64,000 nucleotides of DNA from Phoronis australis (Eukaryota > Animalia > Phoronida): contig NMRA01000324.1 in NCBI GenBank assembly GCA_002633005.1, positions 441,891 to 505,890 on the forward strand, read 5' to 3'. Below the pieces are notes generated by a model. It made no database searches. It saw only the letters and a program-made list of their open reading frames with translations, and was not told the origin of the DNA. A program made the position numbers and the translations under genes. Positions 1 through 12,560 of this stretch are shown here, in pieces. Within the stretch, counting starts at the first letter, position 1. Every line of letters begins with the position of its first letter.

Positions 1-3000
1 ACTTTGGTAAAGCGATTGCGATGGCAAAAAATGATAGAAAATACACAAAGGTGCACTTTTGAGAAGCAAAGCGTCTGGTGATCTTGATAGCGTACATGTA
101 TGATCTGGCCACCTCAGGTAGTAAGTGACGCTGAATGAGAAGTGGTAACTACATGTTTGGCGCGAAAATAAAAAAATCATGCTTGTATTGCCAGCCACCC
201 CCCTCCCCGAATTTTGCACATTCTAATGAGTCACCACTCGAGATTTGGTTCCGTTTCAGTCCTAAAATCGCATAATAATTCTGTGCTCAGCTGTAAGAAA
301 AAATACAATTTTTTGAAACGGTGCTCAGTCTTAATAAAGTTTCCAGCATGAGAGCGCTTTGATCAGAAATGCCAAGCACACGCAGAGTTGTAAGACAGAG
401 ACGTTGGCGTTTCCGTATGTCCACAAAAGTGCTTTGAGCAGTGTGTACAAATTTGTTCATTTCGCTTTTCTGCACTGACGACTATGATCAACACGGTGTT
501 TTAACTACACTTTTGAGTGCATTTTCAAAAATAAATGTTTGGTTGGTGAATTCAGCGAGTCGGTGCCCACGGGCAGGAAAACGTATCTGCGTAAATAAAG
601 AGTTGCGTTTTCAAAACATTCAGAGCATGAGCTCAAGGACTACCTGAGACAGAAAATAAAACCGATTACCAAACAGAAACTTGTCCAATGAATATATAGC
701 TCTTGGAAAACTGTTACCCCGAAGAAATGTGCAAAATACGAACGTCGTTTACGAAAGATTGTACCAGAAGTGATTCGTTGCAGTGGAGCCGCACGGGATA
801 GTAAAAACACTGTGCTGTGCACTAGTTACCTGAATGGAAAGCTGAAGCGGAAAAATCCAGAACACACATTTTCTATTCAGGAATTGAAATCTCTGTAGAA
901 TCAAAAACAATTGGCAACCAGGATTTATTGCGTTAGAAAACTTATCACGCCCGGAGAGAATTGTTTTCATGCCCGGAGACTACGTGATCACCCATTATGC
1001 AATGATGACAATCCAGTGTGTACCTATACATTGGCATCTATTGTAAAACGTGGATTAGACGAAAGAAATTCAACCGCATTTCGAAGATAATATATCTGTT
1101 GTCGGCGAGAGGTTGAATATATAGCCCTTGTTTAGTATAGTACGGACAGTATCACTTTGAAAGATCAATGCTTGGGGATGGTGACGTGGTGTTCTGGCGT
1201 GAAAGTTACTGACATGGTAAGTTTTTGAACCTGACTTATTAAATTTTCAGTTCGGTCGTATTTTATTTTGATCCTGAAGTGAAGAATTTTTGGTCCTCAC
1301 TTGATAACTTGTAGGTGCTGATGTGATAAATTTTCAGTCTTGACGTGGTGAATTTGGTCTTTATTTGCTCTTTGGTCTTCTGTGTGAAAACAATCTCAAT
1401 GTATTGGATTGTTTTAATTCCTGCTTAAGTAAAATGTCTGGTTTTGAGATATTTATTTTTGGTCCTGGAGAGTTTGCATGTTTTGCTTGGTTTTAATCAT
1501 GCATAGAAAAGATATGTCGTTAAATGTTTCAAATTAGGCCTCCCATAAATGGGGAGAGAGCAGGTTGTGTAGCATCGTACTATGTAACTTCTAATATAAA
1601 TCTAGGTGTTTGTGATTTAGTAATACTATGAAAAATGAGTAGTTATGACTATGAAAAATGAGTAGTTGAGGCTTCTTTTGAAATACTGTATCCTTTGTAT
1701 ATGCCTGGTGTACATGGCTCAGTGTGATATTATCTAAGCTTTATTATCCTCTATGGCTTAACAACTATATATCTTCATTCATGCCTGTAAAAGAGGTACT
1801 CCCAGGATCATCAAGCATGTGTATGTTTTTATTCTAATGAGGCGTGCTTCGAATGTACAATTAGTAATTATACTTTTGCAGTGGTTCATAACAAACGGAT
1901 TCATTAAACCCAGTAAATATTTTTGCAACTGCTGACTCTGCATATCAGACGTGCATATTGCATCATACCTCATCAGAGTAAAACTTGTTATCAATCATAG
2001 TAGAAAAAATTATTTTTATCATTGCCACAAGACGTTAACAAACGCAGTGAGTGTCTGTAACTGTTGTGTCTAGATTGCTGATGAACTAAAGTCGGTCTAC
2101 ATGTATTTCCATTTTTATATCACTGATTCATGCCAAAGGTTTGAAATTGCGCCCCTTTAAGAGTTTTGACTTGCCCTGTGATCACTAGAATCCGATGCAA
2201 TAAACTTATAGAAGTTGTTTTTTAACCAGTGTAATATAGCTGAAAATTGTGTGCGTTTTCGTTTGCGAGAGTGTTCTTTTTGAATCAATGGGTTAATCAT
2301 TTTACGCTCTACATGAAAACACAGACTACTTTTTTTAGGATTACATGTACCAGGTTACCCCGAAAATATTATTTTCAAAGTTTTACCCCTTGGAGTATAC
2401 GCGAAACGCCAAGTATTGTGTTCTTACGCGAAAGGGCTCGGAAGGCTGTAGCCTTGGTGCGAAGCTGTTTACTAAATTAAATATACAAATTTGCGCCATT
2501 GTGGGTAAAAACTGACCGAATAAAATCTTCCTAGAGTAAACTAAATTATTTACCAGCGTTGCAAAAAATGGTTTTCTACAATTATTCTGCTGCTAAAGTT
2601 ATGTTGTGATCTTATGCGTCGACTTTCGCCCCAATGAAATATTGCGTCACCTTTTAGCCAGTTTCTTTTTCCCAGATTCTTCAATCAAACGTTCTCCCTC
2701 GAGGTTACGTAAACGTCACAACAAATGATCAGAATTGGTTTCACTTCATTATATGTTTTTGGAATTTTGATATCAGTGAACCGAATTTTAGAACAAATTT
2801 TGCTGAGATGTGTTCATCATCTAATGGGAGATGTTGAAAACATTTTGGAAGTGGCGCGTGTCACAATGAACTTTTTTCAAAACGACGATATACGTTTTTT
2901 CGTTAAAAAGGCAGAGAATTACGCAAGAAGATGACGTCGGATGTTTCTCACTTAAACGGCCGTAACGGGCAACTTGAATGCCAATTGACTTCCAGATTTT

Positions 3001-4085
3001 GCATGCACACCCGCCAGTCTTGAGCTCATGTTGATACAAGCTTTTCTACGAGGTGACAAACGTAACTATCCGGGCAGTGTGAAGTATCGAGGTCTGTTTG
3101 GTCTCAATAAGCAGTGGCACCTTGCTGTATTTTGAAAATAGTCTTCATGCAACTAGCTGGCTACATAGGAAGGCTCTAGTTTCGAAAAGAGGTTTTTCTG
3201 CGAAATTGACAACAATTTCTGAATGATGATGGATGATGGATGACCCTATAAACCGATCAGTCTTCCGTTTTCATGCACCCATGATTTAATATCGGCGCTA
3301 TGTTCACACCATTATTTATGTTGTTTCTAAAATAAAATTGGGTTCTATTGCTGTACCAACATATTAAGAAATTATACAGAAATAAGCAATAATCATCTGT
3401 GGTAAATCGCAATATACAGCGTGATGAAGTGATCATCAAGAGCAATAACGGATGAGCGCAAATGCGTGAAGCTTGTTGAGCATTCCGCTGCATGAAAACA
3501 CTTGAGGTCGTGTATTGAGTGTTGTATTCTGATTGTTATGCAATTTTACTGTAAATTTCAAATTTCGTGCTGTTTTTTTTGCAAAATGTACTGTATAAAA
3601 TGTCTCATATCTAAATTTAGAAATTTTGCTTCCGCGATATCACTTAACGTTTGATTTTACCACGCCGTCATTAATTCAACATTAAGTTTTTGGCTGGTGT
3701 AATGTCACGCACTTCGTATTTGTAGGTTGATTCGATTTTATTTCCTTTCAATAGTTGAACAAAAGTTTATAAACCGATGTCAAGATCTGAGTTGCCAGTG
3801 GTGAACGAACAGCGAACAGTAAAATGTTTGTTTGGCCAAAGTTCACCCGTTAAGTCATAAAATGGTAATTGCCGACCAAGGACACCCTTAATCCGAATTG
3901 GTCGTCTACGCCACGCGACCACTTAGCCGACCCAATTGCCGACCACAGAGGCGACTCAGTAGACGGCTCCTAGCCGACCGTTGTTGGTCGGCTGCTGGTC
4001 GGCTAGACGACCGGTCGACGACCGGCCGTCGACCGGTCGTCGACCAATTTCCGACCGGTCGGCCAAAAATTCGTGATGTGTGCTG
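1..4085. mobile_element. Right part of a TIR DNA transposon (copy 1), ending ...GATGTGTGCTG|TA; left end probably upstream of the window
   Basis: 1101-4085 is colinear with 59599-62419. The end matches the TIR of the complete copy at 58688-62419. GCCGACC/GGTCGG subterminal repeats lie at 3900-4060. The terminus interrupts a LINE RT frame at a TA. The extent of 1-1100 within the element is inferred. Confidence 0.75.
626..803 (+). pseudogene. Tc1-like DDE transposase C-terminal remnant
   Basis: Manual translation HELKDYLRQKIKPITKQKLVQ*IYSSWKTVTPKKCAKYERRLRKIVPEVIRCSGAA resembles the tail that follows the catalytic Glu in invertebrate Tc1 transposases; one in-frame stop. Confidence 0.65.
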
Positions 4086-5135
4086 TAGTAATTCCTCGGA
4101 CTGTTTACTTTTTGGGATTAACGTAATTACGCTTTGCTTTTGAGAATTGGACATGTAACCGTTTCCAAAGCTGTATGTGACGCTCGCCAAAAATTGTCTT
4201 TCATTACCTTCCAAAAGCTTTTATAAAAATCATAGCTAATGCCATCATTACCAGACGTCTTGTTACGTTTTGCCTCTAAGAAAGAATCATACAATTCTTC
4301 TGCTGTTAGATTTTTTTCTAACTCGTAAGAATCTGCCTGAGATAGTTTTTTTGTTTTGGAAAATTAGAAATGTCGATAGGATACGTTCTTTCTCCGTTGC
4401 ATTCTTCAATATCGGAGTAAAGTTTTTTTGTAATAGTTCACTTGCATATTCCGTATGGTTGCTGCAGCATGTATAATTTTAGCACCATTTTTAAGGGTGC
4501 TAATATGTTTTCGTTTGCTGTGGCGCAACTCTAGGTTTTTGAAATATTTTCCTTTCTCGCCTTGTTCTGCCCATTGTGCTTCACTACGCAGAATCGAGCC
4601 CATAATTTTTTGGGTCTAGATAACTTGCAAATAAATTTTGGCTTTTTGTAAATCTTTTTTTTTTAATTCCTCTGAAGGGTCGCTTTCCACCTTGGCCGTC
4701 AAAGGATTATTTTTTTCTATTAAACTATTTTTCCAGAGCGCGTCTTTGCAACATCTTTTGCAAAAGAGATTAAAGTTTTCCTTATTTCTATTTTAAATAA
4801 TTCCCACACTAAATTTTTGTCTTCAATATATCGATATTGAGTACTATAAAATTCGACACATTTAGTTTATTTGTTTATTTAATTGTTATCGTTTAAATAA
4901 CTAGTGTTAAATTTCCAAATACCAGAACCTCTCTTCACATTTTCGGATATTTCAAAATGTAAACTAATGGCAGAGTGTTCTGAAAACACAAATTCGTTAA
5001 TAATGGCAAAGTCTTTGACTGCTACATGTACGTCTCTGGAAATTAGCCATATGTCAATTGTACTTATCCCTCCAAGTGTACTTCCTCACACCTGGGTTAT
5101 TTTCACGCCACACGTTGTGCAACTTGAAATTAGAT
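4086..5135 (-). mobile_element. Degraded L1/Tx1-clade LINE ORF2 fragment (end of APE endonuclease to start of RT)
   Basis: Broken frames give VWRENNPGVRKYTW, SEHSAI, RGSGIWKFN, LRSEAQWAEQGEK..YFKNLE and SQKQSVITLIPK. Confidence 0.85.
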
Positions 5136-5139
5136 TGAA

Positions 5140-5860
5140 AATGGTTGATGTTCTGTATTACAGGACTGTACTCAAAATGTCATCTTACCAATCGATTGCT
5201 TGAGTACCCTCGATTAAATCATTCTTAATACTCTGGAATATCTCGCTAGCAAAGCTAATTCCAAACCGTAAACGTTTAAACAAAAACACCCCATAGACGT
5301 AGTGATAAGACATCTCTCCTCAAGCAGTGGAACAGCCCCAATACCCGCTAGAAGCATCTAGTGTAGTAAAACAGTGGCAGCAGAAAGCTTGTGAGTTACA
5401 TCATCTCAAGTAGGTAGAACATAACGTTCACGTTGCACTGCGAGGTCCAGTTTCTTTAAATCTGCGCTTATACAGACACTTCCATCCTTCTTAGCAACAG
5501 GAACGATTGGCGCACACCACGGAGTAGGCTGAGTTACTTGTTCGATTATGTCACCTGCAACCATTTGCTCGATTATAGCCTTAAATTTCGGCATCAGTGA
5601 TATGGGTATTCGCCTCGCAACCTTCAAGCTGTACGGTTGTGCGTTTTCTTCCAAGTGTATTTTTATCGGGTCACCCTTGAGTAGCCATGTTGTAGCAAAA
5701 ACAGACTCGTTCATTTCACCCACGCGTCGAGCAGGTCCAATTTTCGTGGAAACATTACGGCTCTACGGAGAACTCTTTGTTCCGGATACAACTAAGATGG
5801 GAAACTTGTATTTACTCTCATCATGTGTAAGTTACGGACGCGAGAAAAGTGCCTGACGTC
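5140..5860 (-). mobile_element. Ty3/Gypsy LTR retrotransposon pol fragment (end of protease and RT), degraded
   Basis: ORF 5406-5723 has ARRIP, TPWCAPIVPVAKKDGSV and VQRERYVLPT; downstream LDASSGY, FKRLRFGISFASEIFQ and DDIL. Confidence 0.9.
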
Positions 5861-8680
5861 TTAAGAGTGCAGTACACTTCAGACCAGGCAAAAATCCATA
5901 CAGGGTTGATAAACCCTATGTGACGGATTTGGATCATATTATGCATTTTTGTTTACTTTCTTATGGTAATTACTAAAATGCACTTTAAACAAATTTTATC
6001 GCGTTAGGTAGCTTAAAAGTCGGGTACCTCAGTTTTCACTGAAAACCACTATCAGAACTTACCCAAATAATCACATTTTTGTGACATTGTAAGTAATTAC
6101 AGTAGCTACTAAAAAATGAAATAGCTACTATTTTGTATAAAGTCATCCATTGTCTTCGTAAAAATGAAAAGTAAAAGTGTCAAGTTGCACCTTAAATTCC
6201 ACATTTCGGGTTCGAAGGGTCATGGGTTCGTACAGGCAGAAAACATCGATAACTTGCCTACGTTTGAATGAGTTAATCTCAGCTGAAGCCAAAATTTACA
6301 CTTTGAAACTTAATTGTGGGTTTGATCTATCTTCGTAGAGTAGATATTTGGCATCAAAACCACCGGCAAACACATGTCTTCATATAGTAATGGGCAATTG
6401 TTCGCAGCCACCTCAGCCAAAGTGAGCACTTGTGACAATAGCTACTAGTCATCGAAAATGTTGAGTTTTGAGATTTAAAAGTGCTCAAATGGTTGTTAAA
6501 TTATTGTGCTTATTTCTTAGCAAATAGAATTCGATAAAATTAGTATTTTCTGTTTTTCTTATTTTTTTACTGTGAATTACCATTTTGATGAAGAGTCCTA
6601 CAGGTGGCTCTGATACCACTGAAGAAAAATGGCTGATGAGGTGGTGGAAGTAGTATATATAGTGTGTTCGTTGGCATAATCCTTCAAATCTGGTTTATGG
6701 AGCTTCAAAGGAATATCGAAACCATGCAGCAAGCAATTTAAGCACTAAATGATTGCAGCAAGTCCAAAGCAAGCTATTTGAAATATGTTAAAGTTACCGA
6801 CCCAGTTCCGTTCAGTGACAGTACTGAAACTGAAAGTGGCAGCTGATTCTTGCCAAGGTCAGAGTGGGCTTGTTTACAACAGTTTGCCCCCCACCCCCCA
6901 GTTTGTGGAAATCGTCGATCTCAGCATGGAATCAGATGGAGGCCAAGTAAAAGTAAGATATGTGCCCACCTTCAACATCAGAAAGGCTCTAAGGCTAAGC
7001 CCAAGGCCAAGCTTGAGTTTGGAATGTAAGTGGAAATACAGTCAACAAAGAATTTCTGGAAGAACAGAATGTATCGATTCCAGTTGGGTCATGTAAGTTG
7101 TTATGCAGCCGCAGGTCATCAATACCTGTTGATAACGACTTTATTATATTTGCTTTCTCAACTAGATTCTGACTGCAGTCGCCATGAAGGGCACAACCCT
7201 ACATGAAGTAAAGCGACACTCGAATACTAGAGTAATTTTAGTAACTTCTTCCAGTACTGACTTGTATTAGTAAAATATTGTCGAAATACATTCCATTTTA
7301 TGAATACACATGTGTTAGAAGTGGAAATTTGGTGTCCATTATCAAAAGATTTAATCGAGCCCTTGTCTCCTAGCTGACACCAATTTCTCATCTAATTCAT
7401 CTGTAGTCACTTCTGATTGGTCACATTGCTCTATCTGTATAACCAGAGATACATAATTTTCCAAATATGCAGTGGAACCCCATTACAACGGGCCTAATTT
7501 AATTAAAATGGCTAAAGTTTTAACACCTTTAAGGTCGCTTATTCCTGAATTATTCAACCTCAATAATAAGACTGGGGAAAACATTTGGGGATTCAAAATA
7601 CAGCATTCTATTGGAAGTTCTGTTATGCCTACTTTCCATAAAATTCTATTGCAGGTCTATGCAGAAATTGTAAGCGTTTACCAAAGAAGTTAGCCACTGT
7701 TGTTGAGCTTACTACAGAAAGAGTACAAGTAAGTACTTAGTTAATGAATTAGAGTGTTGTTGCACAAAACCTTTTTCTGAGATTCTTGGTTCCCGGATTA
7801 AGTACATCAACATTAAATGATCGCAAAACAGTAGTTGTAGTAGATTTTTATTTCAGTTGTATTGTGGTTGCTTAAAAGCCTCGTAGACAAATAAAAATGC
7901 CGTGCATTCAGCGAATTTTGCGTCTCTGAAGTTTTACTACACAAGATGTTCATAGTTACAGGAGTATGTAACTACAAGGTTTGCAGGGCTGGTGGGCTTG
8001 TAAACTGCGCATTGACTCAAAAACTGGTGACGGTCTCACTAACTCATCTGCTAGGAAACATTACTGATGGACTGTAACACTGTCTATGTACTTGCAGACA
8101 AAACACGTTGCATGTGTGCTGTATTTACTGTCTTGTCAACCATGTCTCTCAGACAAAGTGGATTTGGCTTTACGCACTGTAATTTTTGGGTGCACAAGTT
8201 ATGTTTTGCGAGTTTGGGCCAGAGCTTGTGAGTCAATGGATAGCCTTAACAGACTTTGAACTTTGTTTATTTGAGGAGCTATGTTCATAAGTGCACAGTC
8301 TGTTTAGTTCTGTGCCAGTTATTTCACCACAACTGTCAACACTTGCAAATTCCTCTGAGAGGGAAGACTGCTTGTAATGAAAGCTTAGGTACTCCAAATA
8401 GGTCATAACAGGATTTTTATAGTTGCTCCGGGTTGTTTTAGTGACCACTGAGGCAAATTTTGAAAATTGCATTAGCTAAAAATGTTGAAGATGCAATTGT
8501 ATTCCTTTTAGCCTGAAAATCATGTACTAAAACATAAAATTTTCTCAATCAGTATCATGGCATGAAGAGTGTTGGATCTGGTCCTAACTTTATGGCATTT
8601 CGAAATTGATGGCTTTCCAGATTTAATTAGTGAACTTACATTTTGATTAATTGACGACATCTTTTGTTTTGAGTGCTGCT

Positions 8681-8746
8681 TGCACACAATGAGGGTTGCA
8701 TGCGTATGTGAGTTGCACACAATGAGGGTTGCATGCGTATGTGAGT
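8681..8746. repeat. 33-bp perfect tandem duplication
   Basis: TGCACACAATGAGGGTTGCATGCGTATGTGAGT x2. Confidence 0.9.
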
Positions 8747-8863
8747 GGCCATCTTTCCAAGCTATTTTGAATGGTGAAAATAAATACTTTGGGTAAAGGC
8801 TATTTATGGAAAATATAATTCTTGTGTTTACGGATAAGTTGCATATAATTGTAATATTTACAG

Positions 8864-9138
8864 GCAAATTTTTCAAGTGGAAATGAGGGGGACCAACCAT
8901 CATTCTGGCTGCCCACACCTTTGGCAAAGATCCATAAGTCGAATCAGTTTCTCACTGCTGCATCTGATGGAAGAGTCAACCCTGTTAGGACCCAACTTCT
9001 AACTGACATCAATGAATTTGCTGAAAGGTCCTAGCGATATTACAAAAAAGCCAGCAAAGCATTATCTGTAACCCATGAATATATTGCTCCTGGTCATAGT
9101 GATCTTCTGAAAATTGTCTCTCAACTCAGCAGATTAAA
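8864..9138 (+). pseudogene. Putative exon remnant of the Sola3-like element's protein
   Basis: Follows a tttacag acceptor. The frame ...NQFLTAASDGRVNPVRTQLLTDINEFAERS*RYYKKASKAL...IAPG has one stop and resembles the N-terminal part of invertebrate transposon proteins (recognised from memory only). Confidence 0.4.
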
Positions 9139-9877
9139 TATTTTCCCGTTTAGCAGTTCTCAATCATTCTGGGAAACTCGCGCTGTTTGATGCCTTTGCA
9201 ATGAAAAGAATCTCTGAGGTAGACCTTCGATTGAAACTGAGACAAAAGATTGTTGAGTCGATGGAATTGCCGCAGTAGCACATGTTTCATGTATACAAGA
9301 CTCAGAGACATTTGAAATACAATATGTCAAAAGTAGTCAGACAAAATGCTATTTCCATTTTGTGACGTGTTATCTGTGCTGACTAAAGATGTCTCATTGT
9401 ACACCTAATTTGCCTGCATTTTGAAAATGTGACCCTATTTCTTCTTTTCTTTTACTTGATTTATGGCGTGATATTTGCATGTGTCCTGTATCAGCCTCAA
9501 TATAGTATTACTATTCTCTAAACTACTTTGGTTTTTGTTTAATGTTTGGCTATCTTATCGTTTTGCTAAATAAGTACAGTATAACCTGCTCTGCTGCATC
9601 TCTATGTCTAACATAGTAAACAATAATTTAAATCAGGACAGTTTTTAAATATTGCCCAACTTTTTTCCAAAATGTCTTTGCAGGATTACCCAAAGTTCAC
9701 CTTAATGCAGTCGGAAAGTTAACTTTGCGTATTTTATTTTCGTTTTGCTGCAGATGCATTGTCTTATGATTTTTCAATGAAGTAGCTGACACTACATGTA
9801 TTAGTCTCGAGAATTCTGAATTCTTGGAGTCTGACTGATGGTAAGCATCAAATACCTTTGCATACCCATACTAAACT

Positions 9878-10177
9878 CTGGCGGATTCAGGATTTTGAGT
9901 TGGAGGGGGCAGGGCACTGAATTTCACCACATCCGCGCACCCACCCTAAAATGTAGGGATTCAGGGGTCTCGAATTTTTGGGTTTGTGGACCTTAATACT
10001 AAAAAAATACAGTAAAAGGGTTTTGTTCAAAGCCAATGCATTGTGCATTCGCCCCCGGAGCCCCCTGGGTGCGCGAATATGCTAGTCAGCAATTCGCAAC
10101 CTAAACTGACAAATGGTATCTGGGAGCAATTTTAGGGGCGCATGGCCCCCTTGGCCCCCTCCTGGAATCCGCCATTG
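9878..10177. mobile_element. MITE with TGGCGGATTC-type TIRs and 5-bp TSD AAACT
   Basis: CTGGCGGATTCAGG ... CCTGGAATCCGCCATTG; AAACT at 9873-9877 and 10178-10182. Confidence 0.7.
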
Positions 10178-11516
10178 AAACTGTGACAGATGCAAAAAAA
10201 ATCTGATAACTGATTTTTCTGCTATCTTGCGTGTGAAATACTCGTTTCCTGTGTGTTTTACGAAAATGTCTGCGAACCTTCCGCAAACCCATCATTCTAT
10301 GCGTTGTCGGTGAAAACTAAAACACATTGGTATCCATAGTGCGAGATTATTCAGACATCCATATGCACATCTGGGCGTGTGCTGTTCGGGGACTTTCCTG
10401 AATGAAAAGCGTAAGAAAAGTTATTCAAAAACGCCAATTTCACCGGTAGTCGACTATCCTTATAAGATCAGTTTTTCTAACCTCATTTCACAGCATCTAT
10501 TCCTACCATTTCAATATATCTCTTTTTATGACTAAGTACTTTGCTGTCCGATTTGTTCGGGTTTAGTGATATACATGTACACTGTATGGATAGGCAGTTG
10601 TCTCCCTCCGGCCCAATACAGCTATTATTGTTTTTTTATAAAATTCGTTCAAAAACTAAATTTCAATCAGACCCACACATTAACAATTCAGATTCGAGTT
10701 CGCAGTTATGTATAACTGGACTTACTTTATAGATTTTTTACTTAACCATATTGCATTTTGAAACGGTGACTAAATACACATGCTATTGGCAGCGTTATCG
10801 TCAGGGTCAAAGGAAACCAACGTGCCTTGTTGTGCTTCTCATTATTTTCTGTAAAGTAATAAAATTAAAGCTCTCTTGATATGTTTGATCGCCTATTTTA
10901 AGATTTCAAAACTGTATTTTGAATCCTCGCATATACTTGTTACTATGCAGACATTGGACAGTTGCAATTTCGGTGAGGTGCCCTACTTCTAAAGACCGAT
11001 GCGGTATGAAGAAGGGTAATTGCCTAGACTTTCTTTGGTTTTATTTTGTAGAGCAAAGATCAATCTAAACACTCGTTGTAGTTTTGTTGTTTTAAATTTG
11101 GCTTCAGCTGAGATATTGAGGCAGGAATTAGGAATTTTCAACATTTTGGAATCACCGCAAACTACCTAAACTAGTAGCCTTCAAAAACGGTCTAAGATGT
11201 AACTGAAACCGTGACATTTTCTGTGACTGGCAAGTTGAAAGGCACCCCAATTCAGTGATAAACTTGAAGTGTTTCATTTTGCACTATTGTTCTCAAGGTA
11301 AGTTCGCAAAAAGAGCCAAAATGTAGCTGTAACGAGGCTTGGAATTGGCAGAAAAACAACACGTTCCCATAGCAACCACAAGGTGGCGCACACAACAAAA
11401 TTAATGTTGGTATGAAGGTTGGGGTATCAACCCCTACCATCATGCAAACAATCGAGGAAATCCGTGACATAGCCTTTATCACTTTTTGCCTGGTCCATTC
11501 GTGGACGTGCTCTTAA

Positions 11517-12560
11517 GTCTACCGCTAGGTGTAAACAAGGCAGTTTTTGTCTGACCTAAAGCGGGTCGGGGTGTGAGTGGGTCATAGACGGATTCTGGCA
11601 TGATCAAAATATCGGCTCCGATATCGATCTTGAACTCGACTTACTTGCCGTGGATTGTCTGATTCACTGTCCAATTGTCAGACGTGTCCTCGTTGTCATC
11701 GACAACTGTACAACCACCAAGGAAGTATGCGTTTGACTCACTTTCTTTACCGTTTCCAATGAATGTTTCTTTAATTGCCTCTGACCTGCACTGCTACTTA
11801 AATATGTCCTTTTCGGTGACTTCTGCTGCATAGCTGATCAGTCGTAGGTCATGTTTCACCGGGTTTGTGTTTACCGTAGCCGCATTGACCACAATTCTGT
11901 TGCGTGTCGTTGTTGCGTTTAGGCGTGCCGCTGTCACGCTTAGGCCTTCTTTTGCCTCTACCACGCAGAACGTGATGCTGACCTCGTCTACGATCTCTGA
12001 TTGCACCTATGGTCTTATCTGAACCAGTTGCGAGTGATAACTGCAGCATCTGGGAATTGACATGCTCGGCCTGTCTAGCAGACAAGATAGCTTGTTCGAA
12101 TGTAAGCCCTGATTTCAGATGTAACTCTTTTGACACATCTCGATCGCGTATACCTATGACAAGCTGGTCTCGTATCATCTCGTCCCTGTCTTGGACGTCG
12201 CAGTTGTCGTCCTGTTCATACATCACTCGTAAAAATGACCCAACATTTTCAACAGTATGTTGGACTCTCTGGTTGAATATGACTCGTTCGTGTATATTAT
12301 TTCTTTTTGGGATGAAGTGGGCATCAAATTTTTCTATGACACTGTCAAATTTCTTTACATAGGGATCACTCGGGCCAAACGTTTCAAAGATATTTTCAGA
12401 ACCGTTGCCCATGCTTTAAATAAGCGTGGCTACTTTGACTTCCCCGTCGTCGTTGTTCAGTTTGGACGCGAGTCGATATCGCATGAAACACTTACGCGAC
12501 TCAGGCCACAGCAAGGGTTCGTCATCAGGGAAATCGTCTGGGGGACTAATTTTTGCAATT
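11517..12560 (-). mobile_element. Ty3/Gypsy gag-protease fragment (upstream part of the element at 5140-5860)
   Basis: Gag: KISPPDDF..WPESRKCFMRYRLASKL, HFIPKRN.IHER..FNQRVQ, MIRDQLVIGI and a zinc-knuckle start (CGQCG). Protease: FKIDIGAD. Confidence 0.9.

Larger units (their letters stand above)
5865..11512. mobile_element. Sola3-like DNA transposon derivative (TTAA TSD, GAG...CTC termini, imperfect TIRs)
   Basis: TTAA at 5861-5864 and 11513-11516. The ends share GACCAGGCAAAAA and TGATAAA..CTATGT.ACGGATTT in inverted orientation. Removing the element restores the Gypsy protease frame (PSGRLKTSGTF). Confidence 0.75.

Noticed and set aside
2157-3891. Second TTAA-GAG element nested in the TIR element
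   Set aside because: TTAAGAG at ~2157 and CCCTTAA at ~3885 show no inverted similarity.
3898-4214. Arg-rich ORFs 3898-4143 and 3906-4214
   Set aside because: Chimeric read-through of the LINE RT frame into GC-rich transposon subterminal repeats.
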